Below the pieces are notes generated by a model. It did not search any database, was not told the origin of the DNA, and saw only the letters and a list, made by a program, of their open reading frames with translations. DNA of 64,000 bases from contig CAIIXF020000001.1 in the NCBI GenBank assembly GCA_903813345.2, positions 12,958,001-13,022,000 on the forward strand. Reading direction: 5' to 3'. This DNA is from Owenia fusiformis (lineage: Eukaryota). Position numbers and translations under genes: made by a program. Below, in pieces: positions 11,691-23,225 of this stretch. Position 1 is the first letter of the stretch. Each line of letters begins with the position of its first letter.

Positions 11691-13969
11691 GTATTTCACT
11701 GCGTTGCAGAGAATCTGAAAGATCGCAATCAAACAAAATGAGCCCTTATAATGTCACAAGCTAGTGATGTACTTTTGATAGCTTGAATGACACAAATGAT
11801 GGCCTTTGACTTTGAAAAAGTAAAGTCGACTCAGATAAAGATAGATCCCAATTTAGATCTACTGAACACAGCTGGCTCAAAAGAAATCTAGTATGTATCC
11901 AACAGACTGACTAGAAGTCAGAAATGTACTACTTTCCTGTGGAAATTGCAATGAAATTTTTTGCACAAAATTATCAATTAGAGGAACCATTTCTTCAATA
12001 AAATAAACATTACAAAATTTCGATTAAGTAGTATAGTAAGGTACAATTAAAGGTTCAATAAAGACCATAGAAGAAATTTGGGAATCATTTTACCTTTCCC
12101 GAGCTATAAGTGCAACGTTTGGCCTAATGTCTTCTTCGCCATACCTATTTTCTTAAAATGTATGCACTTGTCGACGAATACCACCATTCAGACTTGCAAA
12201 TAGACTTCTAAATAAATAAGCAATTGAAAGGATGTCCCGCATTTTCTTTTTTGAAACATTTCTGAATCTCCGCCATTTAAAACAATTAATTGAGAAAAAT
12301 ATATAATATAAAAAATATTTTTCTCAATTAATTGTTTAATTGTAACATCAATGAAGTTTTCTATAGTAACGGTTGCTATTTGTCTCATTGTTATGTAATA
12401 ATTAATTATTTCAGTTTGATTCAAATATAATTTTATTTCTGAAGAAGTAGGATGGACATCCTACGAAACGTCAAAAATAAAAATAAATATCTCTGAGAAA
12501 GAAAATCAACAACTTTGGACTTTTTTCTTGTGTCGGAATTTTGAAATTGATTTTACAGGTATATATGACAGTTCAAAGCTACTAATTTGTTTTGAATATT
12601 CAAGAAACTAAATGCATCTTGTTTTAAAATAGTTTTTAGTGTATCATATTACTTCATTCTTGAAATACACATGCTCTTCGGAAAAGACATTTGCGTGTCG
12701 GAAAATCAGTTACTTATTTTGAGAGCCAATATCTCAGGAACCGCTACATCCTTTTCTATAATTTTTTTATTGACAGAATTCTAACATTCAGTACTTTTGA
12801 TATCATCTTAAAAAAACAGTAAGCAAACATTGGAAAATATGTTGAAAAATTCTGTCTTTTTTAACATAAAATTTACAATGAAATGTTACACCAACGGTTG
12901 TGTGCTACAAGCGGTTATCAAAACTCTATTCACTATTATGGACACACTTGTTGCATATCATTTTAAAACAAATTCCTTAATCTTTCCAATGCAGTCAAAT
13001 TACTTGAACTTATTCTCTTCAAGTACATGCTTGAAGTATATTTGTAAATGTGGATTTTTTTGGGGGAATTTGTTACATAGAGAATAAGGCATATTTTGAT
13101 ACATGAAAATTTATAAAAAAATTATCATTCATCTTTCAAGAAAATGATATCTTCCTCAGACATATAGTGGATATACCTAATAAATAAGACTGATTTCCCA
13201 TCTGTATCTTAAGCCTTGCATTTTTTCTGGGTGCCAATATGAAGGTGCCAGGAAATAAATATAAAGCTAGTTGAAGTAGCAAATGTTCAAATTAATTTTA
13301 CCCAATCGGCCATTTTGAAGAGCACTTCCTATGTAAACAAATATTTAGAATTACCAAACTTTAACATAGGTAGTCTGAATATACGAGTAATTCAGACTAA
13401 ATAGGATATAGCAGGCCTGTCAACTGTCCCCAATTTGCGTATTTGTCACACATTTCCTGAAGAATTTGGAGTCATGGCAGTTTTTTTGCGTGACAGAAAA
13501 TGTCACGCAAATACGCATTTTACTTGGTAATTGTCAAGCAAAAATATTTCTGTAGAAAATTTCTAAATAGTTCGCCGATACAGCAAAGATACGAACGGCG
13601 AAAAAAATGTATGCATTCCGTTCGGACTTTTCGCGCGAATCACGTATGTGTCACCCATTCCGTCCAAAATTTTTCGTACCTACCTCTCCCCCCCTGTTGA
13701 TGAACTGTTTAAACGCGAGTGTAGCGAGCGCGAAAAATTTGAGGTGTTCAAAATTTGGCAAGATGCAATAAAATACCAAGCTGTTCAAAATTTGGATCAA
13801 GGTGTTCAGATTTGGACCAAGGTGTCCACATTTTGAGTTCAGGGGAGGTGGTGTTCAACATTTCCAAGTCACTCATGTTAGCCTAGATGTTCCTTATCTC
13901 GCGCGTTCCAAGACTATCTCTACGTTCTAGTCTTGCGAACGTCTTATTCTTTTGTCTGTACGATTACAA

Positions 13970-14385
13970 CATGGGAGAATTTTCTACGCTACTTACACTT
14001 AAGATACCTATTTCAATAGATTCCTTGGTATTTTAGCATTCTTTTTGTGTAGTTGAATCCACAATTGTGTGGGTTTATCGGCAGAACGAAGATATTTTCG
14101 TTTTTGAAAGCAATATTTGCGTGTAATATTTAACTTATTTCAACCGTCAAAATTCCTCCATTCAGTTCCCAGCATGCACCAGTCATAAGGGAAATCCCTG
14201 GGGAATTCCCCTTCCGACATTTTGAAAATTGCTGATATATTTCCAATGTAAAAACTAAAATCTCTTCGTTCTGCCGATAAACCCATACAATTGGCGATCT
14301 AACAACATAAAAAGAATTCTAAAATACTAAGGAATGTATCGAGGTAGGTCATTTAGGTGTGCAATGCGTAGTATTTTCTCCAACT
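13970..14385. mobile_element. Palindromic MITE-like element (approximate ends)
   Basis: Inverted arms, e.g. GGGTTTATCGGCAGAACGAAGA at ~14071 versus TCTTCGTTCTGCCGATAAACCC at ~14263. Confidence 0.6.
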
Positions 14386-14478
14386 TTGTAAAAACATTGA
14401 CTGACCAATTATACGCGCGTACGACCACAATCTAAAGGGGTCGTAGGATGCGATAAGGTGTTCCCAAGTTGACAGGCC

Positions 14479-14977
14479 GGCTTTGTATAAAAAACCTCCT
14501 ACCTCATACCCACCTACCCACGTACGTTGGACATGATACAGTCTTTGAAGGGTTCAATTTTAAAGTTCTTAGTTTATTAAATCTTAGTTTATGATGAATT
14601 ATAGATGCATTTGTAACGACCCTTGATAGCAAGTTGCTACTACATCCCAGCTGGGTTCAATTCCCACTGGGGGCATCGAATCTAGCACACTTTCTTTCAA
14701 TTTCTTTATCTGGCTCGTTGGAGCTATGCTCGCAGTCGTTAGTTAGTTATTTCCCTGGGGTGCCCTCGGGTCATTACACATTACAATGCACCCATATGCC
14801 TTTATTTATGGATCTGTCATCCGTCAAGTCATAAAATAAAGCCGGAATTGTAGAAATGTTAATAATTCGAGCTTTTTGAGATTTAAAAATCTTTAAAATT
14901 GAACCCTTCAATGACTGTATCATGTCCCACGTAGGTGGGTAGGTGGGTATGAGGTAGGAGGTTTTTTATACAAAGCC
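14479..14977. mobile_element. Mutator-like MITE with 9-bp TSD
   Basis: TGACAGGCC|GGCTTTGTATAAAAAACCTCC...GGAGGTTTTTTATACAAAGCC|TGACAGGCC; TIR ~90 bp. Confidence 0.85.
14612..14778 (+). mobile_element. 167-bp solo LTR with tRNA B-box (Helenus-type TRIM candidate), nested in the MITE
   Basis: CATT|TGTAACGACCC...GGGTCATTACA|CATT; contains GGTTCAATTCCC; similar to the reverse complement of 11523-11690. Confidence 0.75.
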
Positions 14978-15748
14978 TGACAGGCCTGATATTGCCTAAA
15001 AAGAAATCCCAATAGATGTGCTATAACACACATGCATTAAGTACGGCGTGATGATAGTTGTAATCTGATATGCAATATATAATAAGATACTTTGCTATGT
15101 ATTATTTGTAGTATACATTGAAAAAACATAAAATTTCTGGATTTTTTGCAAAAATGACCCGGAAGTAAGGCTTTGGCATACACATTTATTTTTTAGATAA
15201 CAATTACGCTAAATTTAGTGATCAAAAATACGATATGTTCTAATAAAGGGAAGATAATTGTGTGATCTTACGTTTAGAACTGTCCTTAATGTGAATAATA
15301 TGCTCTACCACCTCATCGTCGCACACAAACTTCACTTTTACTTTTTTCTTCGGTTCCATTTTCCCGCCACCAGGTGGTGTATTGCGTTACTTTTGCGAAC
15401 GATAATAAACCGAACGGATGAACGTTTATATTCATGTGTGTTAAAAGTCCGAACATTCTACATGTTACTATAAATATCAGCAAAATGGAGCAAAATAGTG
15501 CACATTTCGTATATCGAAGTACTTATCACTTTGAAATCGAATTATTCTTATCAAATGCATCAAAATTACAGAGTGGGCCGAAAAGTTTCCATATTTTTTC
15601 TGTAGGCTAACCATGGGCATGGGCTAACTTTTCAATCAAACAGTTCGAAATGTACAAATCTTGCTCTCGTGTTGATTTAGTTGCCGAGTTTCATTACACA
15701 GAAATATTTGTAAGCAACATTAAATTTTTATTTGTTCACCAATAATCC

Positions 15749-18700
15749 CTAGTTTACACATTTAATTTCACATGACTCGACAATTTTCGTAGATTGGCCA
15801 GATAACCATGATGAAAATTTTAATGTAAATGTTCCGGTCTTTGAACATATGAATTTCGATTTGTACGAATCGCCATTTGGCATATTTGTAGCTGTCCCAG
15901 GTCGGTTAGTTGTCGCTTTTGGTACTGTCGCCAATTTGGTTTCAACTAAACCCCTACCCGGGCCGTCCACACTGTAATGCATAAATTTAATGTCATTACT
16001 ATTTTGACGATCGGTAACATTTTTGCAAATGCCCCTCCAAAATCCTGGAAAACGAACTTATTGACTTCAAAAATTATTTTCCACAAATGTATAAAATAAA
16101 CCACTGTGACAAAATCATGACTCTTTGGACTTCAGCGCTGTAAAACGAACCCGAATGAGGGATGACACGGTCAAACAATTTTCGTTACTCATACCCACAA
16201 AAACTCATACTTTTCCATCATCAATTATTCCTTGTTCTATTGATATTATATTTTGGAAGTTCTTATCTCGATAGACCATCTGTCCTCAATCGGTTGGAAC
16301 GAGGTAACCATTTCCCCTTTGCTTATAAAGGGCCGATTGGCTTCATATCTATTCAGACAGTGGCCTATGCATGGTTACAGCATATTTCGAGCACAATACG
16401 GTAAAAATGATAAGAACTTACAGGACATGATAGATCGCATCCACGGTTTTCAATTTGTTCGGATTATTAAATGTATATTTTAGGGTGACTTCCATAGCAG
16501 CATCTTGGCCTATTTTCACGGTTGGATTTCCGTTTTGATCTCCACATAGTTTCGTCTGTGCATTGAATTCTACTCCAAGAGCACCAGCTATAAATACAGA
16601 AGATGTTTAAAATTTTACCACCACCTTCCTACGATCAAACAAATTGACAATTTACACTTAACATGTATTGCATGGATCTAGGATGAAGATCATCCTAGCA
16701 TGGATTCACTTGTGGTTCTGCTTTTACATTGGTTAATTTCTTAGCTATTTTCACATCTGATATTGATCAAGTAGCTTTTCTTAATTATTTGCAGTGTATT
16801 TTCTTCAGAAAAGATGTATTGTTTTAGAATCAAATTGTCACCTTTTACACAACCAGGCGCACTACCGCTCCACATCCCATCTCTACCACACGTCCTTAGC
16901 TTGGTACCAACCAGAACATATCCCGTATCACATGCGTACGTAGCTTTTGTTCCTGATTTGCTTGTACCAGCTGTTGTTGCGGTAGGCGTTATAGATCCGT
17001 GTACTGGTGAATTGAGTTGCGGGCACATAAATGCTACAACAACATACGTTTGAGTACAAGTATGATTTAGGTCTTCCTGAAACAAAAGCTATTATGTGTA
17101 TCAGGGAAAACTGGTAAAAATTGGCAATTTCTACCATTTCTGAAAAATCTAGATTTTGTACTCACTGCATCCAGTTAGTCGATCACATGTGTTCCCACGC
17201 TTTTTTAAAACACAGGTCTTCTCGTCCTCGTGGTCTGCAACGAATAAAGTCCATTATGTGTAAGTTTTAAGGAAAACAATTGTTCTTTAAAGGGGCAACA
17301 AGGACTGTAGAGAGAAAATTCCAAACTTTTCACTTTTTCTGAGCTACCAGGGTAACATTTGGCTTAACATCTTCATTGACATACCTATTTTCTTAAAATG
17401 TATGGATAAACTATCAATTTCAGCATTAAGAATTAGTGTTAATTCAGTTCAAAGCTTCTATAAAGGGAGTCCCAATATATAATAATAATAAAAATATATG
17501 TTAGTCTTGATGAAGTATCCAAACTTCAATCTATTTTGACACTGGTCGGTGATCGTTGAATCTGTACTAATTCACGCCCGGTGATCGTGAATATGGGACG
17601 GAGGGGGGAGCAGGCAATTTCTGCTAGGAAATTCTACAAATCTGGAAGATTTATTTTTTCAAGAAAAAGTTTTCTATTGAATTGCTAAATGGATAGGCGC
17701 ACGGTATGGTAGAATATGTTAGGTTTTCTGGGATTTTTTCTGAAACGATACGCATCTAAGGTATGAGATCTATTAAAAAAGGCGCAAGGCCATCAACAGG
17801 CACAAATCAACGTTTTTGCTATAAATCAAGCAACAATGGTCTGGACGACCTGTAATAAATACTTGTAAGTGATGTTATCATAAATAAATTAATGTCATTG
17901 CTGAATTTATAAAATAAGTTTCCATATGTGAAATAAAAAAATCGAAAATAATGAATTTGGGACGGAGGGGGGGGGGAGGGGACGGAGGGGGAGCAATATG
18001 TATATAAGACATGATTAGAGATGTTTCGCGACTTTAAGTCCTTTTACTCCAAATGTCCCCATTTTTCAGTCTCCAGGGGTATATCATCCAGTTCTTACTA
18101 AGTTAATGAGTTCATTTTTCAAATACAAGAATTCGTGTGAAGTTGTTTCACTTTATAGAATTATTACTCCCCCTCCGTCCCCTCCCCCCCCTCCGTCCCA
18201 TTTTAATTATTTTCGATTATTTTTTATTTTACGTATGGAAACTTATTTTATAAATTCAGCAATGACATTAATTTAGTTATGATAACATCACTTACAAGTA
18301 TTTATTACAGGTCGTGTAGTCCATTGTTGCTTGATTTATAGCAAACACTTTGACTTTTGCACGTTGGTTGCGTTGCGCCTTTTTTAATAGATCTTATATC
18401 TTAAAAGAGTATCGGTTGAAAAATAATCCTAGAATACCTAACATATTTTATCATACCGTGCGCTTATTCAATTTGCAATTCAATCGTAAACTCTGTCTTG
18501 AAAAAATAATTTTACCAGATTTGTTGAATTTTCTAGCGGAAATTGCCTGCTCCCCCCCCTCCGTCCCATTTTCACGATCACCGGGCGTGTAATTGTTGCA
18601 CCTTTAAATGATACGGTTACTATAACAGTGTACAATCTACCTGGTCCAACTGGATCACAAAAACGTGAAGAACCTTCACATGATCTTGTACTTTTGCATT

Positions 18701-21700
18701 TGGCTTTTGCAGGCCCACTTAGTGTAAAGCATGTGTCACATGAGTATGTAGCCGTGCATGTACCTCTCAAGCATCTCTTTAGCATGCCTCCATTTTTTGG
18801 TCTTGTCGGTACGTGATCCTTAGTTTCTAGAACAAACAAGGCCAGGATGTTTTAACGTTTACGCATAACCATAACTGAGCCCCAGTTGTTATGGGATAGT
18901 TAGTTCTGGACATAATGTTGGAAATATGTTTATCTCCCTCGGGAAAGCTCCCTATACATAGTACTATATAAACTTTATCAATGCAATATTTAAGAAAAAT
19001 ATTTTGAAGTTGCACGTAAAGGACTACCCTGCGTGCAGAGTCTAGTTAAACTAGAGACGAAGCTCTCTTTTAAGAAGTGGAGTCAAACGAATGCAAAGGG
19101 TAGTAAAGGACAAAATACGGTGACGCGTTTATGAATTTCTTTGCAAGGAAATGAAGGTGTATTTACCCGAGATAAAGATAAACCCCATGGTAGTGGTAAA
19201 TGTACCACTCATTTATAAAGAGATGAAACATGTGCCACTCATTTCTAAAGAGTTGCAAACACATTCACTCAATTAATGTTGGAATTACAGACAAAGTAAA
19301 TTTACTTAATGCCTCAGTCACATTTGATCTACGGCAACCGTACGGCGGCCGTGGCTTCCCAAAACCGAAAGAAACATACAGCATAAAATAGGGATAAGTA
19401 GTACAATGTAGATTTTCTACATCGATTTTGTGAAGCTACGGCCGTCATAGAGCAAATGTGACTGAGGCTTGAAGACAAGTCTGGCTACAAGCCTCTGTGA
19501 ACCCCCTCTACTTGACTACACACCTTTGTTGTACTACTACTACTACTACTAATACTGCTACATAGAATACTTTAAGACCACACGACCCTCGTGAATGATA
19601 TGTAATAATGCATTTGTTTCACCTGGTCTTGGTGTGGTTGTCGTAGTTGTTGTTGTGGTGATTTTCGGTTTCAGTCGATGGACTCGTTGAGCGAATTGCC
19701 CAATGTAGTTGCCAGGTGGCGTGTACTGACAACAGACGGTATACGTGTTCCACATTCCCTTCTTTCCGCTAGCTAAACCACAACCAACCGATTCAGTGTT
19801 ATCCCAGACTAACTAAGAAGTCAGATTCACAATCTTTATTAAATAATTCGGAATCGGCATTTCTTTGAATTGCAAACACAAATGCGTAGCGAGGACCAAA
19901 AATAGGCGATGCGGCAAAACCAAGGAGGACACAATACTTCATAATTTTCGGTTTCAAACTGAAAATGTCTACCTGTTTCTCTTAAACCAGTCATCAAAAG
20001 ATTCTGAAAATTTTACATATAGTCAATCTAATGATCATCTTTTGAATGAAAAAAAAATTAATTGAAAAGATATAATCAGATACGTCTTTTGTTCTTGGTA
20101 TATTCGGGATGAAACGAAACATCTATCTGGACCTCATTGGAACAAAACGTCTTTAGGTCTCTCAATATTGTTGTACAAAGGAAAGTTTAGTTGATTTTTA
20201 AAAAAAAGTCTCTTGTTAGTGAAATAAAAGGTTTACATTATTTTTATCTATCTTTTTAAAAAAAAATTGAATACTTTTTGTTAAATCAACCAAATTTTCC
20301 TTTGTATTACTATAATATTGAGAAGTCTATGAAAAGGTTGTATGCTATTCTGTTCCAACAAGGTTTGGAAACATCTTTTATTTCATTCCCAAGAATTGGT
20401 AGAATGGAACAAAAACAATTGGACTAAAAATCAAAAAATGTTAACAAAAACGGTTAGAAAAAATATATTTAAACATTTTTTGCCTTTGTCAATTAGTGAC
20501 CATTACATAAAGGGCCATGCTTTTTTACAGAATGTTTACAATAATTGTATTTTAGAGAAAATCAATGTTGAATTCAGTTCGCCATATCGATACCAATCCT
20601 TTTAGTTTTACAGTTAGCAGTATATTATTATGTAGGTCAATATTAGAATAAAATGTGTATACTTACTTGTGTGAAGTGACCAGTCTTTGTGCCGAAGACA
20701 GGTTTTTTGTAATCGTAATACTTGATCTCATCATACCTAATGAATATAATCACAGGATAAGCAAATCGTAGACCTAGTTTTATCTATTGGGATGTGTTTT
20801 ATTACCCTTCGAATTCGTTTGACCAAGCTTCTTAAAGATAGCATCGTCTACACGAGGGAAACTGACAAAGCCAAGCAGAGCTTGTCAACATGTTGTTGTT
20901 GGATTCAAAGGATGCAGTGCATGCTTTTCTGTTTTGAATACTACATTGTATGCTAATTAGAATCTATATTATGTGACTAAAAGACTGTCGGCATTTCGGC
21001 TGACTATTTCTACTTGTAAAGTAATCTCTCGGGAAGAAACGGAATCCACGTCTGCATTAGAATTCGATTGTTTTGGCTAATTTATGAATTTAATGGTGCT
21101 CACCAATCTTGAGCAGCCTTAATCCCAAAACTGTCTAGATGATTTGGTTGCGCCTTGATGGTGGATGACATTCTCCAAAGATTCTCACCAGCATGGGGAT
21201 TCTTGCGTGATGCACTCGAGGAGTGGGCAAACCTAAAACAGTTCCGGTGTAAAAGAAATTATGGTCGCCTGGGGATTATGGTCCCCTTTCCTTACGGCCC
21301 TTACTGGCCCCGAGTGTGTGTAAATAATAAGGTAAATAATTGTAATTAGGTCACCATATAAATCAATAGAGAGTATGACCAAAATTTGATAGGACCACCT
21401 ACCCTTTTACACCGTACTACAGAAGAAAAACTATATTTGATATTATTTTGAACTAGGATTTTTGTTAATATATTGACGTTCCATCTCAATTTTGTAACTT
21501 TGTAGATGGAGACCGTGTTGGAATGCTGATTTTGATTTTAAATATTCGTTTTCAAGAGTTATTATATTTTGAATTATATTATGGAACAAATTGGTTAGTT
21601 TCTTTACCACTTGCACCTCTTCTATGATCAATATTACTTACTCGAGTCTCTAGCCAATACTTGGCCACGATACAATGGCCTTAGAAGAAGGTAAAATATT

Positions 21701-21938
21701 ACAGCTTTGATTAACATACAGTTACTTACCTTCCGGTACGCGCCAGCGATCTGCAGTAATTCAGGGCACGCGTTGCCATCGACTTATGCCATTTCAAAGG
21801 AGGTGTATTTTCATGAAGAGCTCTCAGTTCATTATGTCTTTTGAGGATGTTCTTCTCAAATACTGTCGTTTGAGAATACCCAAATCCAATCTGTTCCAGA
21901 ATCAAAATAGAGGAACAATATAGAAGTAATATCCCCAT
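15749..21938 (-). CDS. Gene A: secreted CAP/SCP - Thr linker - sushi-like - sushi - unknown C-terminal domain protein, 477 aa. Exons 21938-21730, 21232-21104, 20736-20667, 19812-19623, 18826-18641, 17234-17166, 17033-16842, 16587-16422, 15971-15749
   Basis: All introns GT-AG, phases consistent, 1434-nt open CDS. Signal peptide MGILLLYCSSILIL; CAP motifs HNELRALH..PPLKW, FAHS, GENLW, WYDE, GHFTQLVW, VGCG, VCCQY.PPGN; sushi CPQL..P.HG...ATYAC..GY.LVG..LRTC...G.WSG.AP.C. AATAAA just after the stop. Confidence 0.9.
17573..18589. mobile_element. Transib-like palindromic MITE in gene A intron 5
   Basis: TAATT|CACGCCCGGTGATCGTGAA...TTCACGATCACCGGGCGTG|TAATT: CAC..GTG termini, 5-bp TSD, ~420-bp arms. 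Confidence 0.85.
19025..19102. mobile_element. 78-bp mini element with 9-bp TSD
   Basis: GTAAAGGAC|TACCCTGC...GCAAAGGGTA|GTAAAGGAC. Confidence 0.85.
19310..19469. mobile_element. PIF/Harbinger-like MITE
   Basis: TIR GCCTCAGTCACATTTG / CAAATGTGACTGAGGC; shares the GTCACATTTG core with 40644-40783 and 62824-63597. Confidence 0.7.
21245..21414. mobile_element. ~170-bp MITE in gene A intron 1
   Basis: TIR CGGTGTAAAAG / CTTTTACACCG; inverted second copy at 48710-48878. Confidence 0.75.
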
Positions 21939-21997
21939 CACAGTTCACTTTGTTTGAGAGACGCTATAAACGTTCTATGGGTATTAACGCATTGCTT

Positions 21998-22003
21998 TTT
22001 ATA
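21998..22003 (-). promoter_or_regulatory. Putative TATA box of gene A
   Basis: TATAAA on the minus strand ~60 bp upstream of ATG 21938; gene B has one at a similar position. Confidence 0.5.
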
Positions 22004-23225
22004 TTCCAGGTGACGTAATCTGGTTTCGTAAGGTGTTTATGACGAAGTTATCCAAGCGTGACCGAGAATAATATATTTGTTTAAAGAAGAGTTTACTATT
22101 AGATTAGCATGGGTTGGGTACAATAAAAAGTTTAAATGTTTTTATGTTTTAAAGTACATTTTGCAAATACTCTGATTGGTATTAAGTCTCGCTGAGCAAA
22201 CGAGAGCTTCAAATTACACTCCTCAATGGAAAATAAATAACGCAATTTAGGTTATTTGAAAAATAACAAATTGCCATGATTTCAATCTCTACTAAAACTA
22301 ATTGAGTGTCAAACTAATTTTGTATGTAAAAAGTATACATTTAAAAGGATGGGTATCGATATGGTGAACTTTTTTAACACACGTTTCTCTTAAACCAGTC
22401 ATCAAAAAAATTCTAAAAAATTTACACAATTTTACACATCGTCAATTTAATGGTCATCTTTTGAATGGTAACAATATAATTTGAAATAATAAACAAATAC
22501 TGGATGATCAGGAGCTGGATATGGCAGAATACCTATTCGAGAAAAAATATTGGGCGAGGCGGCACCTCCCAATCAAAGTTAAGTGGAGTACTTACTGGAG
22601 TACAGGCTTAAACTGTCGTTCAGTTGACATTATTTTGACAGTATTTATTTTTTCTTTCAAAACTCAGACGACTTCCGGCCAGTTTATTCGCTACGCTGGA
22701 CGAAAATATTTGCCCCGGGAATTTAATTTTTATTTATTCGAGACGTTCTTGCAGAATTATATGTAACTTTTGAATGATAAGGGTAATAACCCAGATGCGA
22801 GTAGAAATAATCTTGATTTACGTCATTAAAAATTCAAAACTCAGTCAAAGTAATGTCATATTTAAAATCTACATGTAAAATTACATCTAGAAATGTTGTT
22901 TTAAAAAGTGTTTATCAACTTTGCTATAAAATTACAAAAAATGAAATATCTTTTCTTTTAGTGGACAGATAATATTTTGCTTTACTGGACATATTTTCAT
23001 TAGTATAAGTATCAGACACATAAGGGTTATATTAAAATTAAGCCACTTAAATTGATAATATTCAAGTTCAAGGGAACTTTCTTATATACCTGCCATGTTA
23101 ATTGACCCGAATCAGCCACCTGGTGGTGAAACTGGTAACTACCTACTCGCATTTGGGTAATTGTGATTGATTAAGTGCATTTTTTCTTCTATTTTCCGCC
23201 AGTTTCAGATGTAAGCTTTAAGTAG

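Noticed and set aside
19310-19469. Harbinger-like MITEs at similar positions in intron 4 of genes A and C as one ancestral insertion
   Set aside because: Terminal bases and lengths differ (160 versus ~775 bp) and a third relative lies at 40644, so independent insertions are as likely.
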